Source of the DNA: an uncultured Subdoligranulum sp.
Lineage (GTDB): Bacteria > Bacillota > Clostridia > Christensenellales > CAG-314
Length of the DNA stretch: 64,000 bases
Reading direction: 5' to 3'
NCBI GenBank assembly: GCA_902496185.1
Contig: CABUZX010000006.1
Location: 1,143-65,142 of the forward strand
Translations under genes and position numbers: made by a program
Notes under the pieces: generated by a model
Seen by the model: the letters and a program-made list of their open reading frames with translations, nothing else
Database searches by the model: none
What the model was told of the DNA's origin: nothing
Shown: positions 38,554-48,688 of the stretch, piece after piece
Numbering within the stretch: position 1 is the first letter of the stretch
How the letters are laid out: each line of letters starts with the position of its first letter

Positions 38554-39594
38554 ATGAAATTTGAAACGGACAAAAACTTTTTGTTGGAGACTTTTCGCAA
38601 AATCGTAGAAACGCCAAGCCCCGTAGGCTATTACGTCAAGCTTAACCCTTTGTTTAAAAAAATGGCAAACGACTTGGGTTACAACGTCACTCACGACAAC
38701 AAAAGCACAACTTACATCACTTTGGACGGAACGGACAACAGCAAAACGGTAATGGTAGGCGCTCACGCTGATACTTTGGGTTTGGTTGTACGCGGAGTGG
38801 ACTCAAACGGGTGGCTAAGAATACGTCGTTTGGGCGGACTTTGCATGCCAAGCGTCGAAGGCGAAACGGTAACGGTTCATACAAGAGACGGAAAAGAATA
38901 TTCAGGGCTTTTGATGTGCCAATCTCACTCCGTACACGTTTTCGACAACGGACATACTCTTGAGCGCAACGAAGACACAATGCGCGTTTTGTTGGACGAG
39001 GACGTCAAATCGATAGCCGACGTAAGAGCTTTGGGGATACTTAACGGCGACGTCGTATCAATTGCTCCACGTTGTCAGGTCACGCAAAACGGTTATCTAA
39101 AATCACGCTTTATCGATGACAAAGGTTCGGTTGCATGCATCTTTACCGCGCTAAAATATATGGCGGAAAACAACCTTAAACCAAAGTACAAAACAGCATT
39201 TGCTTTGCCCTACCACGAAGAAATCGGTATAGGAGGCGCGTACGTCCCCGCAGGAGTTGACGAATACGTTGCCGTCGATATCGGTTTGATAGGTCCTGAT
39301 TGCGACGGTCACGAACGCGCCGTAAGTATATGCGCAAAAGACAAAACCGCGCCCTATGACTACGAATTGACAAGCAGACTTATTGACAAAGCCAAAAAGG
39401 CAGAAGTGCCTTATGCTGTGGACGTTTTTTACCGTTACGGCTCTGACGCAACGGCGGCTTTACGAGCAGGAAACAATATCCGCAACGGCGCGTTTGGAAT
39501 GGCGGTATATTGCAGTCACGGTATGGAACGCACTCATATCGACGGATTGCAAGCCACCACAAATCTTTTGCTGGCTTACGTACTTGATATTTAA
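38554..39594 (+). CDS. M42 family metallopeptidase (FrvX-like aminopeptidase)
   Basis: Start at MKFETDKNF after an AAGGAG Shine-Dalgarno sequence. Contains VGAHADTLG and DDKGSVA...HEEIGIGGA motifs. Confidence 0.75.
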   Translation: MKFETDKNFLLETFRKIVETPSPVGYYVKLNPLFKKMANDLGYNVTHDNKSTTYITLDGTDNSKTVMVGAHADTLGLVVRGVDSNGWLRIRRLGGLCMPSVEGETVTVHTRDGKEYSGLLMCQSHSVHVFDNGHTLERNEDTMRVLLDEDVKSIADVRALGILNGDVVSIAPRCQVTQNGYLKSRFIDDKGSVACIFTALKYMAENNLKPKYKTAFALPYHEEIGIGGAYVPAGVDEYVAVDIGLIGPDCDGHERAVSICAKDKTAPYDYELTSRLIDKAKKAEVPYAVDVFYRYGSDATAALRAGNNIRNGAFGMAVYCSHGMERTHIDGLQATTNLLLAYVLDI

Positions 39595-39609
39595 TAATTT
39601 ATACAAATC

Positions 39610-39644
39610 AAAAAAAATCCAACTCGTACGAGTTGGATTTTTTT
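39610..39644. terminator. bidirectional terminator (M42 peptidase / tRNA-Gln)
   Basis: AAAAAAATCCAACTCG-TA-CGAGTTGGATTTTTTT. Confidence 0.8.
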
Positions 39645-39718
39645 GGCAAGGGTAGCAGGATTCGAACCTACGAATAACAGGGTCAGAGCCTGTTGCCTTA
39701 CCGCTTGGCGATACCCCT
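39644..39718 (-). tRNA. tRNA-Gln (anticodon CUG)
   Basis: Reverse complement is AGGGGTATCGCCAAGCGGTAAGGCAACAGGCTCTGACCCTGTTATTCGTAGGTTCGAATCCTGCTACCCTTGCCA. It forms a cloverleaf with anticodon loop CUCUGAC and an encoded CCA. Confidence 0.9.
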
Positions 39719-39877
39719 TTGTAACCCCTAATAAAAGGGGAATTAAAACAAAAAAAGCATTATATTGTTTCAATAATACTCTTCTTGATTTGGTATGTAC
39801 ATTATTGTACTTTTTTAAAAATTTGTCAATCTTTTTTTAATGTTTTAGCAAAAAACTTGATATTTTAAGCAAATATT

Positions 39878-40384
39878 TTACCACTCTATTACACTAACGG
39901 GTGTTTCGTCGGGTATAAAAAGATTGATATCCGTTGTCATTTCGTCACTATTAGAAATGGCGTTGCTTGATTGCTTGACGTAAGTTCCGTTGCTTTCTGC
40001 AAGCAAATTTCCCTGTTTGTCAAAAATTTTGCCCGTTGCTTTAAACCATCTACTCGTATTTGAATCTACTTTTCCGACTGCCAAAAATTCCTCGTTTAAG
40101 GGCACGGGGCGATGGTATTTTATTTCAATCTTTGCGGTCACTGCAAGCGTGTTTTTTTCGGTAACCCAAATAGCCCTGCCTGCCGTTTCGTCCAATATGG
40201 CGCAAATGACGCCCCCATGCGTGCGTTCGGGATAACTTTGGTGTCCTATATCGGTTTTTATTATGCTAACAACCTCGTCGTTTGACGTCTCGTAAAATTG
40301 CGCAAACAAACCGCCGGGGTTGTCCTTTCCGCAAACGAAACAATTGTAACTGCCCGTTTGTTTTTTAGTAATTTCAAATCTCAT
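39878..40384 (-). CDS. PaaI-family hotdog thioesterase
   Basis: 168 aa. N-terminal CFVCG zinc-ribbon-like motif and HGGVICAILDETAGRA. Confidence 0.6.
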   Translation of the reverse strand: MRFEITKKQTGSYNCFVCGKDNPGGLFAQFYETSNDEVVSIIKTDIGHQSYPERTHGGVICAILDETAGRAIWVTEKNTLAVTAKIEIKYHRPVPLNEEFLAVGKVDSNTSRWFKATGKIFDKQGNLLAESNGTYVKQSSNAISNSDEMTTDINLFIPDETPVSVIEW

Positions 40385-40412
40385 TTTGCGTATTTCCTCG
40401 TGTATTTATTTG

Positions 40413-41897
40413 TTATTTGGTCAAAGTTTGTCTGACTGCTTTGCGCCAGCCGTCTAAGAGAGCCTTGCGTTTGTATTCGTCCATATCAGGCAAAAAAATC
40501 CTATCCGTTTCAACGTTGAGTTTAATGTCGTCTATATCCTTCCAATAACCGGTATACAAACCTGCGAGATAAGCGCATCCGAGCGCCGTAGTCTCCACCA
40601 CCTTTTGACGCACAACCTTGCAGTTGAGTATATCCGCCTGAAACTGCAACAAAAAATTATTTGCGGAAGCTCCGCCGTCAACGTTTAAGGAAGTAACCTT
40701 AATATTTCCATCCAAAAGCATTGCATTCATAATATCGTTGACTTGATAGGCAATAGACTCTATCCCAGCGCGTATAAAATGCTCTTTTTTTGCGCCACGC
40801 GACAAACCCGTAACTATACCGCTACAGTCACTATCCCAATACGGAGCGCCCATACCCACAAATGCAGGCACGATATAAACGCCGTTTGTGTCCTTTACCT
40901 TTGTTGCAAAATACTCTGTTTGATCTGCAGAATCGATAAGTTTCATTTCGTCTCTCATCCATTGAACCACCGCTCCGCCGACAAACACACTACCTTCAAG
41001 AGCGTAGTTGGGTTTGGCTTTGTCAAAAGTAACTGCAAGAGTAGTCACCAAACCGTGTTTTGACTTTACGGGTGTGTCTCCCGTGTTCATCAACATAAAA
41101 CACCCCGTACCGTAAGTGTTTTTGACGCTACCCTTTGAGGTACAAAGTTGCCCAAAAAGCGAAGATTGTTGGTCTCCACTGACACCGCAAATGGGGATTT
41201 CCGTACCAAAAAAGGATTTGTCTACTACGCCAAAATCACTACTACTCGGATAAACTTTTGGCATCATACTTTTGGGAATATCAAATAGCTCAAGCAATTC
41301 ATCGTCCCACTCCAAAGTATGAATATTAAACAGCATTGTTCTGCTTGCGTTTGTATAGTCAGTTGCGTGAATTTTACCCTTGCTCAACGACCATATAAGA
41401 AAAGTATCCACCGTACCAAAAAGCAAATCGCCTTTTTGCGCCCTTTCTTTTGCGGTTGGCACGTTGTCAAGAATCCATTTTATCTTGGTTGCAGAAAAAT
41501 ATGCGTCCACCACCAGCCCCGTTTTGTCAAAAACAATTTGCTCATAACCGTCTTTTTTGAGTTGATTGCAGTACGCAGAAGTACGCCTGCACTGCCATAC
41601 GATTGCGTTATATATAGGCACTCCCGTATTTTTGTCCCATACGAGAGTAGTTTCGCGCTGATTGGTAATACCTACAGCTTCGATATCTTCCGAAGAAATA
41701 CCTGCTTTAACGAGCGCCTTTGATACAACGCCTACCTGACTGCCTAAAATTTCCTTAGGATCGTGCTCTACCCAACCCGTTTTTGGGTATATTTGCGGAA
41801 ACTCCTGTTGTGCATTGCCCAAAATTTTGCCGTGTTTATCAAAAATAATGGCTCTACTGCTGGTAGTACCCTGATCCAAAGCCAAAATATATTTCAT
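40413..41897 (-). CDS. glpK: glycerol kinase
   Basis: 494 aa, [20 protein letters not shown]... Confidence 0.95.
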   Translation of the reverse strand: MKYILALDQGTTSSRAIIFDKHGKILGNAQQEFPQIYPKTGWVEHDPKEILGSQVGVVSKALVKAGISSEDIEAVGITNQRETTLVWDKNTGVPIYNAIVWQCRRTSAYCNQLKKDGYEQIVFDKTGLVVDAYFSATKIKWILDNVPTAKERAQKGDLLFGTVDTFLIWSLSKGKIHATDYTNASRTMLFNIHTLEWDDELLELFDIPKSMMPKVYPSSSDFGVVDKSFFGTEIPICGVSGDQQSSLFGQLCTSKGSVKNTYGTGCFMLMNTGDTPVKSKHGLVTTLAVTFDKAKPNYALEGSVFVGGAVVQWMRDEMKLIDSADQTEYFATKVKDTNGVYIVPAFVGMGAPYWDSDCSGIVTGLSRGAKKEHFIRAGIESIAYQVNDIMNAMLLDGNIKVTSLNVDGGASANNFLLQFQADILNCKVVRQKVVETTALGCAYLAGLYTGYWKDIDDIKLNVETDRIFLPDMDEYKRKALLDGWRKAVRQTLTK

Positions 41898-41928
41898 ATT
41901 TGCCTCCGCATTAAAGTCTTTTGTATTG

Positions 41929-43311
41929 CTAAATTACTTCCGTTTCGTCAACGCACAATTCTTCACTTAAAATTTTTTTAATTTGCGAGCAACAGTAACA
42001 TCTTTGACAACGCCCCATACCTGCGCGCGTACGGCGTTTTACTCCGTCAAGACTCTTTGCGCCAACGGGACGACGGATAGAATCCCTAATTTCACCCTCG
42101 CTAACCGTTTCGCAACGACATACTATTTTGCCGTACTCTGGATTTTTTTCCGTAAGAATCTTACGTTCTTCCTCCGTCATTGAAGCAATGTGCGGAATAT
42201 CCTTACGTTTTGCATCAAAATTGGGATTACGCGCTAAACAGTATTGCTTTGCGATTTCTTCCGAAGCATAAACCGCCAAAGCTGGCGCGCTCGTAAGCCC
42301 CGGCGACTCTATTGCCGCTAAATTAAAAAATCCTTTTTGCGCCCAGCCTATTACAAAGTCCCCCGTAGAACCGTGCGCCCTGTTGCCTGCAAATTGTGTT
42401 ATTTTAAGGTTTCTGTCAAGTGTTGGTATCAGCAAAATACCCTTTTGCCAAAGTGTTTCAAGCCCTTCTTTAGTGGTTTTAACGTCGTCTTTATCCAATA
42501 TATCCACCGAAGTAGGCCCTACGAGAATATTTCCGTGAGTGGTTTTAGTAACCAATACTCCTTTACCCATTTTTGACGGAAGTCTGAATATAGTATGCTC
42601 TACTATGTCTCCGCAATATTTGTCCAACAACATATATTCGCCTTTGCGCGGAGTAATGAAAAAACTCGGAGAGTCGTTTGCCATATCGTTGATTTCGTCG
42701 GCGTACACTCCCGCGCAGTTAGCAACGACGTTTGCAAAAAAGGTTTTTTCACCGCAAAAAACTTCAAATCCGTCGTCGACCTTTTTGATCGCGTCAACCT
42801 TACAATTAAACTCAAACCTAACCCCGTTTGTGTACGCGTTTTGAGCGTAAGCAACCGTCATTTCGTAAGGGCTGACTATTCCGCTTTGTGGCGCGTAAAG
42901 AGCAAAAGCGACGTCATCAGACAAATTAGGTTCTATTTTTTTTGCTTCCTCCCCTGTGATGATTTTTAAACCTTCTACGCCGTTGAGACGGCCCTGCTCC
43001 AAAAGCTTTTGCAAGGCAGAAAAATCGTCCTCTTTAAAACAGGTAACGAAAGCACCGTTACGTTTAAAAGGAAACTCAAGGTCTCTTGCTAACTCGTCAA
43101 ACATTGCATTTCCTAAAACGTTGAATTTTGCTTTATTTGTGCCGGGTTTTGCGTCAAACCCTGCATGAACTATTCCGCTGTTGGCTTTACTCGTGCCTTC
43201 ACTTACGTCAATACATTTTTCCAACACGACAATTTCGCAGTCAAAACGCGACATTTCTCTTGCAAGAGCGCAACCGACCACTCCACCGCCTATAATCAAT
43301 ATTTTTGTCAT
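41929..43311 (-). CDS. FAD-dependent glycerol-3-phosphate oxidoreductase (GlpA/GlpD-like) with C-terminal BFD-like [2Fe-2S] domain
   Basis: Start at [15 protein letters not shown] after a GGAGAA Shine-Dalgarno sequence. C-terminal [11 protein letters not shown]...[10 protein letters not shown]. Confidence 0.8.
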   Translation of the reverse strand: MTKILIIGGGVVGCALAREMSRFDCEIVVLEKCIDVSEGTSKANSGIVHAGFDAKPGTNKAKFNVLGNAMFDELARDLEFPFKRNGAFVTCFKEDDFSALQKLLEQGRLNGVEGLKIITGEEAKKIEPNLSDDVAFALYAPQSGIVSPYEMTVAYAQNAYTNGVRFEFNCKVDAIKKVDDGFEVFCGEKTFFANVVANCAGVYADEINDMANDSPSFFITPRKGEYMLLDKYCGDIVEHTIFRLPSKMGKGVLVTKTTHGNILVGPTSVDILDKDDVKTTKEGLETLWQKGILLIPTLDRNLKITQFAGNRAHGSTGDFVIGWAQKGFFNLAAIESPGLTSAPALAVYASEEIAKQYCLARNPNFDAKRKDIPHIASMTEEERKILTEKNPEYGKIVCRCETVSEGEIRDSIRRPVGAKSLDGVKRRTRAGMGRCQRCYCCSQIKKILSEELCVDETEVI

Positions 43312-43480
43312 GATAGTTCTCCGAAAAAACAATTGCTTTTTGATTTGTTTCGTTATTTTTTATTAAATCTTGTTAAATAATATACCTATACAAAATAATC
43401 TATTTAAAAAATATTTTAGCACCTTTGCCGTCATAAATCAATAATTATCAAAATATTTTTCCAACGTATTTAAAAAATCC

Positions 43481-43509
43481 TTGTCGCATACAAAAATTTG
43501 TGCTAATAT
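43481..43509 (+). promoter_or_regulatory. sigma-A-type promoter, leaderless configuration (rdgB)
   Basis: TTGTCG-17 nt-(TGC)TAATAT-GTTTTT-ATG. No Shine-Dalgarno sequence. Confidence 0.5.
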
Positions 43510-43515
43510 GTTTTT

Positions 43516-44100
43516 ATGAAACTGATTATTGCAACTCACAACCAACACAAGGTGGAAGAAATCAAACAAATACTTAACGGCAAATTTGACACCATACTTT
43601 CGGCGTCCGAAGCAGGTCTTTCGGCGGAAGTAGAAGAAACAGGCGCTACTTATTTTGAAAACGCCAAACTTAAGGCTCAATACGTAAAAAATCAAACGAA
43701 AGATTGCGCGGTTTTGAGCGACGACTCGGGTTTAAGCGTAAATTGCCTCAACGGCGAACCCGGCGTTAACAGCAATAGATTTTTTATCGAAGGAGACTAC
43801 AAAGCAAATAGACAACATTTGCTCAAAGTAATGCAAGGCAAAACAGATCGTAGCGCAAAATTTGAAACCTGCGTAGTATTTATCTACCCCGACGGAAAAA
43901 TTATTTCCGCTACGGGCTGTACCACCGGTACTATCACCACGAAGGAAATCGGCGACGGTAGCTTTGGCTATGAGTGCGTATTTAAGAGTGATGACTTGGG
44001 GATTACTTTCGGTCAAGCAACTAAAGAACAAAAGAATTCCGTAAGCCACAGAGCAAGAGCAATACGCAACCTTTGCCAACTGTTAGAAAATTTTAATTAA
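43516..44100 (+). CDS. rdgB: non-canonical purine NTP pyrophosphatase (RdgB/HAM1)
   Basis: 194 aa, MKLIIATHNQHKVEEIK...DDSGL...GFGYE...SHRARA. Confidence 0.9.
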   Translation: MKLIIATHNQHKVEEIKQILNGKFDTILSASEAGLSAEVEETGATYFENAKLKAQYVKNQTKDCAVLSDDSGLSVNCLNGEPGVNSNRFFIEGDYKANRQHLLKVMQGKTDRSAKFETCVVFIYPDGKIISATGCTTGTITTKEIGDGSFGYECVFKSDDLGITFGQATKEQKNSVSHRARAIRNLCQLLENFN

Positions 44101-44115
44101 AATACACTCAAAAAC

Positions 44116-44144
44116 TTGACAAGCAATTTTGAATGTGCTATTAT
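44116..44144 (+). promoter_or_regulatory. sigma-A-type promoter of the tRNA cluster
   Basis: TTGACA-17 nt-(TGC)TATTAT, 17 nt upstream of tRNA-Gly. Confidence 0.65.
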
Positions 44145-44160
44145 TTTTTAGCGTTGTTGT

Positions 44161-44234
44161 GCGGGTGTAGTTCAATGGTAGAATACCAGCCTTCCAAGCT
44201 GGCCGCGTGGGTCCGATTCCCATCACCCGCTCCA
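44161..44234 (+). tRNA. tRNA-Gly (UCC)
   Basis: GCGGGTGTAGTTCAATGGTAGAATACCAGCCTTCCAAGCTGG...CACCCGCTCCA, with anticodon loop CUUCCAA. Confidence 0.92.
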
Positions 44235-44262
44235 AAAGAATTACTCACTGGGCAAGATTTTT

Positions 44263-44339
44263 GTGCCTGTAGCTCAGCAGGATAGAGCAACGGCCTTCTA
44301 AGCCGTGTGTCGGGGGTTCGAATCCCTTCAGGCACGCCA
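44263..44339 (+). tRNA. tRNA-Arg (UCU)
   Basis: GTGCCTGTAGCTCAGCAGGATAGAGCAACGGCCTTCTAAGCCGT...GGCACGCCA, with anticodon loop CUUCUAA. Confidence 0.92.
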
Positions 44340-44345
44340 TTATGC

Positions 44346-44423
44346 GGTGGGTGTAGTTCAGTTGGTTAGAATGCCAGATTGTGACTCTGGAGGTCATGGG
44401 TTCAACTCCCATCACTCACCCCA
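44346..44423 (+). tRNA. tRNA-His (GUG), with encoded G-1
   Basis: GGTGGGTGTAGTTCAGTTGGTTAGAATGCCAGATTGTGACTCTGG...CACTCACCCCA, with anticodon loop UUGUGAC. Confidence 0.92.
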
Positions 44424-44442
44424 TTACCCCAACAATCCCTAT

Positions 44443-44517
44443 AGGGGTGTCGCCAAGCGGTAAGGCACTAGACTTTGACTCTAGTATTCGTAGGTTCAAA
44501 TCCTGCCACCCCTGCCA
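44443..44517 (+). tRNA. tRNA-Gln (UUG)
   Basis: AGGGGTGTCGCCAAGCGGTAAGGCACTAGACTTTGACTCTAG...CACCCCTGCCA, with anticodon loop CUUUGAC. Confidence 0.92.
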
Positions 44518-44520
44518 CGT

Positions 44521-44596
44521 GATTCATTAGCTCAGCCGGTAGAGCACTTGACTTTTAATCAAGGTGTCCCGGGTTCGAATCCCGGATGGATCACCA
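44521..44596 (+). tRNA. tRNA-Lys (UUU)
   Basis: GATTCATTAGCTCAGCCGGTAGAGCACTTGACTTTTAATCAAGG...GGATCACCA, with anticodon loop CUUUUAA. Confidence 0.92.
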
Positions 44597-44602
44597 ATAC
44601 AC

Positions 44603-44678
44603 GCATCATTAGCTCAGTTGGTAGAGCACCTGACTCTTAATCAGGGTGTCCAGGGTTCGAGTCCCTGATGGTGTACCA
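44603..44678 (+). tRNA. tRNA-Lys (CUU)
   Basis: GCATCATTAGCTCAGTTGGTAGAGCACCTGACTCTTAATCAGGG...GGTGTACCA, with anticodon loop CUCUUAA. Confidence 0.9.
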
Positions 44679-44713
44679 AAAAATCCATACGGTATATGTC
44701 GTATGGATTTTTT
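44678..44713 (+). terminator. intrinsic terminator of the tRNA cluster
   Basis: AAAAAATCCATACG-GTATATGT-CGTATGGATTTTTT. Confidence 0.8.
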
Positions 44714-44743
44714 ACTTTTTAATATATTTTGCCCTACTCTACT

Positions 44744-44776
44744 AAAAAAAGCGACGAATTATTTTCGTCGCTTTTT
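44744..44776. terminator. second, bidirectional hairpin (probable terminator of the antiporter gene)
   Basis: AAAAAAAGCGACGAA-TTATT-TTCGTCGCTTTTT, about 130 nt downstream of the antiporter stop. Confidence 0.6.
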
Positions 44777-44904
44777 ACAATATTTCAAAAATTATTCTGC
44801 AGTTTCGGAAATAACCGTCGTTCCGTAATCAGAAAAAACCCAAGTCATTTCGGAAGTTTCGCTCAAATAGTTTAAAACACGCTTGATACAATAAAAACCA
44901 ATCG

Positions 44905-46167
44905 TCAATTAGATTGATTTGTTTCCACTGGCAAGTGCTCCAAAGTAACGTATTGTTTTTTGTAAGAAAGCTTCAGCAGTAACGGCGTCAACAAAGAGCT
45001 GACTATTATCAAAATAAGTACGAAAGGCATTATCGCGGGGTCTACCATACCGTTGTCTATACCTTTTTGAGTACAAACAAGCACTACTTCCGCGCGAGCC
45101 ATCATACCTATACCAACACGCAAACTGTCCTTTATACCGTACTTGCAAATTAGACCGCCAAGTCCTCCGCCCAATACTTTGCCCAAAAGACCGATAAAAA
45201 CGTAAGCTAATCCAAACCCAACAAAAGCCATATTAAGTCCGTTAAAAGTAGTTGTTAAACAAATGTTGGCAAAAAAGACGGGAGAAAAAATCATATAATT
45301 ACTTGTCTCTACCCTATAGTCAAGATCGGATGTATTTTTTAATCCCGACAAAACCATACCGGCAATAAAAGCGCCGGTAATATCTGCTACGCCAAAGATC
45401 TTTTCCGCGCAGTAAGAGTACAAAAAGCAAATTGCCAAGCCAAAAACGGATACGCGCAATTTATGAGGCCATTTTTCGTCCATCCATTTAAATACTTTGT
45501 GAATAAGCACGCCAACGGCAACGGCAAGAGCAAAAAATATCAGCATTTTGCCTATCATCCACAAAACTTCGCCAGCGCCTGAAGAAACACCCGAAACGGA
45601 AGAATTTTTTAAGCCAATAACAAGCGACAACAAAATTACGCCGATAATGTCGTCCAAAATCGCGGCGGAAATTATGGAAGCACCCAACTTTCCGTTGAGT
45701 TTGCCAAGCTCCTTAAGGGTAGCTACGGTGACGCTTACCGACGTTGCCGACAATATTACGCCATAAAAAATGTTGTCATAAAGATTTTGAGACAACATTG
45801 AAAATCCACCGTTAAACAAGGTTGCTACCAAAAACCCCAAACCACAAGGGATTATTACGCCTAATGCGGTAATAACAACGCACGACCAACCCGTTTTTTT
45901 AAATTGAGTAAGGTCAGTCTCAAGTCCCGCGGAAAACATAATGAGTATTACGCCTATTTTTGCAATAAAGGACAAACCTTCGAGCGTACCGCCTTCACCC
46001 ACCGTAAATATTGTTTGACTGGGAATATAACGTATAAGCCCTAATAATAAACCCGCAATCAACATACCTATTACCTTTGGCAAGCCAAAACGTTGACACA
46101 CCATAGACAATAGTTTTGAGAGCAACAAAATCAATCCCAACGGCAATAAAATTTCAAAATATGCCAT
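44905..46167 (-). CDS. cation:proton antiporter (CPA family Na+/H+ or K+/H+ exchanger)
   Basis: 420 aa, about 12 TM helices. The ILDDIIGVILLS motif is typical of the Na_H_Exchanger family. Confidence 0.8.
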   Translation of the reverse strand: MAYFEILLPLGLILLLSKLLSMVCQRFGLPKVIGMLIAGLLLGLIRYIPSQTIFTVGEGGTLEGLSFIAKIGVILIMFSAGLETDLTQFKKTGWSCVVITALGVIIPCGLGFLVATLFNGGFSMLSQNLYDNIFYGVILSATSVSVTVATLKELGKLNGKLGASIISAAILDDIIGVILLSLVIGLKNSSVSGVSSGAGEVLWMIGKMLIFFALAVAVGVLIHKVFKWMDEKWPHKLRVSVFGLAICFLYSYCAEKIFGVADITGAFIAGMVLSGLKNTSDLDYRVETSNYMIFSPVFFANICLTTTFNGLNMAFVGFGLAYVFIGLLGKVLGGGLGGLICKYGIKDSLRVGIGMMARAEVVLVCTQKGIDNGMVDPAIMPFVLILIIVSSLLTPLLLKLSYKKQYVTLEHLPVETNQSN

Positions 46168-46266
46168 AATTCACCTTTGGTTTTTTAATCTATGCTTATA
46201 AGCACCATTACATTTTTACACTTGATTAGTTTTTTGTCAAGCAAAACACCTTAAATAAAAGACCAA

Positions 46267-46920
46267 TTATCCATTAAAACTTTTTAGCATTTTTTCAATT
46301 GGAATATCGTCCGCGAAAGCTTTTGTTTTTGTGATTTTGCACAAAGAATAATTAATATTGTTTTGATTACACAAATATTTGACCAATCTTTCTGCCCTAA
46401 GATTTTTGTTACCAAACGACAAAACAACACGCAAACAATCGTTATTCAAAGATTCCGCCTCAAAAATCATTTCGCCTACTTTTTGAGTTTGCAGTACGTT
46501 TTGCTTGTCAAGATACTCTATCGTATAGTCCGAGTTATCTATCATATCAGACAAATTAATTTTGCCTATATCGGGAGCGTTAATACAATATTCCGCCCGA
46601 GTAATAATTTTGGCAAAGTTGGGATTCTTTGCAAAGTTGTAAATTTCCGTTGCCTTTATACCTTCGGGGCAAACAGCATTGAATTGATTTAAAAAATCCT
46701 TGCCGTAATTGGTTGAAGTTTCTATAGTAACGTACTCGCAAAGAGTTTCCATACCAAGTGGCGTCGGTGGAGAAAAAAATATTCTCATATGCGGATTAAA
46801 CCCCTGACTGTACTCTACGTCTATTTTTGCGCGACGGATTATACGTTGAAACACTCTCAACAAATCAATGTGCGAAATTGCCGAAACGGGAAATTTTTTT
46901 GTATACTCAATTACCAGCAT
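46267..46920 (-). CDS. TIGR03936/DUF2344 radical-SAM-associated protein
   Basis: 217 aa, SHIDLLRVFQRIIRRAKIDVEYSQGFNPHMRIFFSPPTPLGMETLCEY. Overlaps the upstream radical SAM gene. Confidence 0.7.
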   Translation of the reverse strand: MLVIEYTKKFPVSAISHIDLLRVFQRIIRRAKIDVEYSQGFNPHMRIFFSPPTPLGMETLCEYVTIETSTNYGKDFLNQFNAVCPEGIKATEIYNFAKNPNFAKIITRAEYCINAPDIGKINLSDMIDNSDYTIEYLDKQNVLQTQKVGEMIFEAESLNNDCLRVVLSFGNKNLRAERLVKYLCNQNNINYSLCKITKTKAFADDIPIEKMLKSFNG

Positions 46921-48688
46921 TACAAAACCCCTCCTTTGTAAGACCGCATCCGTTGCATCCTTTCAAACAACTTTGCGTAGTGGCGCAACCGTAAGCCAAC
47001 AAAGCTTCTTTTTTAAGATATTGTTTATCCACGCCAATGGACACAAAATCCCACGGCAACAATTGGTCAAAGTCTTTTTTTGCAAGCACTGCGCTTTGAT
47101 CAAAATTAAATTGTTTAAGCGCGTCAAAATAATTTTGCGGATTAAAATATTCGCTCCATGCGTCGAATTTTGCGCCGTTTTTGTAGGCTTGTTCCAACAC
47201 GCGGGCAAGAGTACGTCCGCCCCTTGCAAGCAACGCCTCTATATGGCTGGTATTGTAGTCGTGCCACGAAAGATTGATTTTGTATTGCCTAAACAAGTCT
47301 CTCAACAAAGATTGCTTTTGGTCGATAAGCTCCTTGTCGGAAAACTCCTCCCATTCAAAGGGCGTAAACGGCTTTGGTATAAATATCGACACGCTTGCCG
47401 ACAAATTTAAAAATTTGCCTTTCTGTTTGTAAGTAAAAAACAGTTGCTTTATTTTGTTAGCAAGATGAGCAATACCTGCAACGTCCTCCATTGTTTCCGT
47501 CGGCAACCCTATCATAAAATAAAGTTTGACAGAGCTAAAACCTTTTTGAAAAGCGTCTTTAAGGGTATCGAAAATCTCCTCTTCCGTCACGTTTTTGTTA
47601 ATAACGTCACGCAAGCGTTGCGTACCTGCTTCGGGAGCAAAGGTAAGGGCTATCTTTTTTTCTGTATCGTAATAAGAGGCGTCAAAACTATCCATACGCA
47701 AGCTCGGTATAGAAAGACCTATTTTGTTTTGGTTTACCCAAGGAATAAGCTCCTGCATCAACGGTCTAAGCCCGCTGTAGTCCCCAGTACTTAAACTTGA
47801 CAGGGAAAGTTCGTCATAGCCGGTATTTTTAATTATATCTTTGCATATTTGCATGACCGTCTCGGGCTTACGTTCTCTCACTGGACGATAAATAAACCCC
47901 GCCTGACAAAAACGGCAACCGTTTGCGCAACCCCTAAACAATTCCGCAACGCCTCTGTCGTGTACTATTTCGAGATTAGGCACGAGCGCCGTATGCGGAA
48001 AAAACGTTTTGTCCAAGTCCCTTTCCTTGTACTGTTTGACGGGCTTGTCAAAAGACATTGCTATAGGCTTGTCCCCCTCGTAAGAAACGTTTAACAACTC
48101 GGGCACGTAAATACAATCCAACTCTCTTTGCAAGAGTTTTAAAAATTCCTTTTTGGAAAGATGCTTGTTTTCTTTCTTCAGACGCAATACTTCCGCCCAA
48201 GGAGTTTCGCCGTCGCCAAGCATAAATGCGTCAAAAAACGGAGCTATCGGTTCGGGATTGACGGCGCACGGTCCTCCTCCTATAACTATGGGGAAACTTT
48301 CGTCCCTATTTGCAGAGTACAAAGGAAAACCCGCAAGATCCAGCATATACAACACCGTCGTGTAGGACAACTCGTATTGTAAACTGAATCCAACGAAGGA
48401 AAAATCAAAAAAGGACGAGTCCGTCTCCAAGCTTGTCAATTTTTTGCCGTTGTCTAACAGCCATTTACCCATATCAGGCCAAGGGGCGTAACACCTTTCG
48501 CACTTGGCGTAAGGAATTTGATTGATACCAAAATACAAAATACGCGTACCGACGTTGCTCATGCCTACTTCATAAACGTCCGGAAAACACAACAAAAGAG
48601 ATGCGTCGGCTTGTTTCTTGACGTCTGGAGTACCGTATTCACCACCGCAATATCTGGCGGGTTTTTGCACGCTTTCAATAAATTTCAT
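46907..48688 (-). CDS. TIGR03960-type B12-binding-domain radical SAM protein
   Basis: 593 aa. N-terminal KPARYCGGEY and a radical SAM CANGCRFCQAG motif. Confidence 0.8.
   Translation of the reverse strand: MKFIESVQKPARYCGGEYGTPDVKKQADASLLLCFPDVYEVGMSNVGTRILYFGINQIPYAKCERCYAPWPDMGKWLLDNGKKLTSLETDSSFFDFSFVGFSLQYELSYTTVLYMLDLAGFPLYSANRDESFPIVIGGGPCAVNPEPIAPFFDAFMLGDGETPWAEVLRLKKENKHLSKKEFLKLLQRELDCIYVPELLNVSYEGDKPIAMSFDKPVKQYKERDLDKTFFPHTALVPNLEIVHDRGVAELFRGCANGCRFCQAGFIYRPVRERKPETVMQICKDIIKNTGYDELSLSSLSTGDYSGLRPLMQELIPWVNQNKIGLSIPSLRMDSFDASYYDTEKKIALTFAPEAGTQRLRDVINKNVTEEEIFDTLKDAFQKGFSSVKLYFMIGLPTETMEDVAGIAHLANKIKQLFFTYKQKGKFLNLSASVSIFIPKPFTPFEWEEFSDKELIDQKQSLLRDLFRQYKINLSWHDYNTSHIEALLARGGRTLARVLEQAYKNGAKFDAWSEYFNPQNYFDALKQFNFDQSAVLAKKDFDQLLPWDFVSIGVDKQYLKKEALLAYGCATTQSCLKGCNGCGLTKEGFCNAGN

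Noticed and set aside
39801-39829. A promoter for the solitary tRNA-Gln(CUG) (TTGACA-17-AATAAT).
   Set aside because: The -10 is weak and it would imply a leader of about 75 nt. An alternative TATAAT lies nearer the tRNA but has no -35. This is left unresolved, so I do not list it as a feature.
39643-39840. A 65-aa plus-strand ORF (MARVAGFEPTNNRV...).
   Set aside because: It is the antisense shadow of tRNA-Gln(CUG). The GFEPT-type peptide is the usual artefact of translating a T-arm.
44141-44828. ORFs 44141..44335 (-) and 44646..44828 (+), which overlap the tRNA cluster.
   Set aside because: Both are translations of tRNA genes or their complements (IRTPD and RVRVPDG artefacts). The region is fully explained by six tRNAs.
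44792-44848. An 18-codon minus-strand mini-ORF (MTWVFSDYGTTVISETAE) between the antiporter gene and the hairpin at 44744..44776.
   Set aside because: It has no Shine-Dalgarno sequence and no promoter of its own, it is too short to evaluate, and it probably lies within the antiporter 3' UTR.
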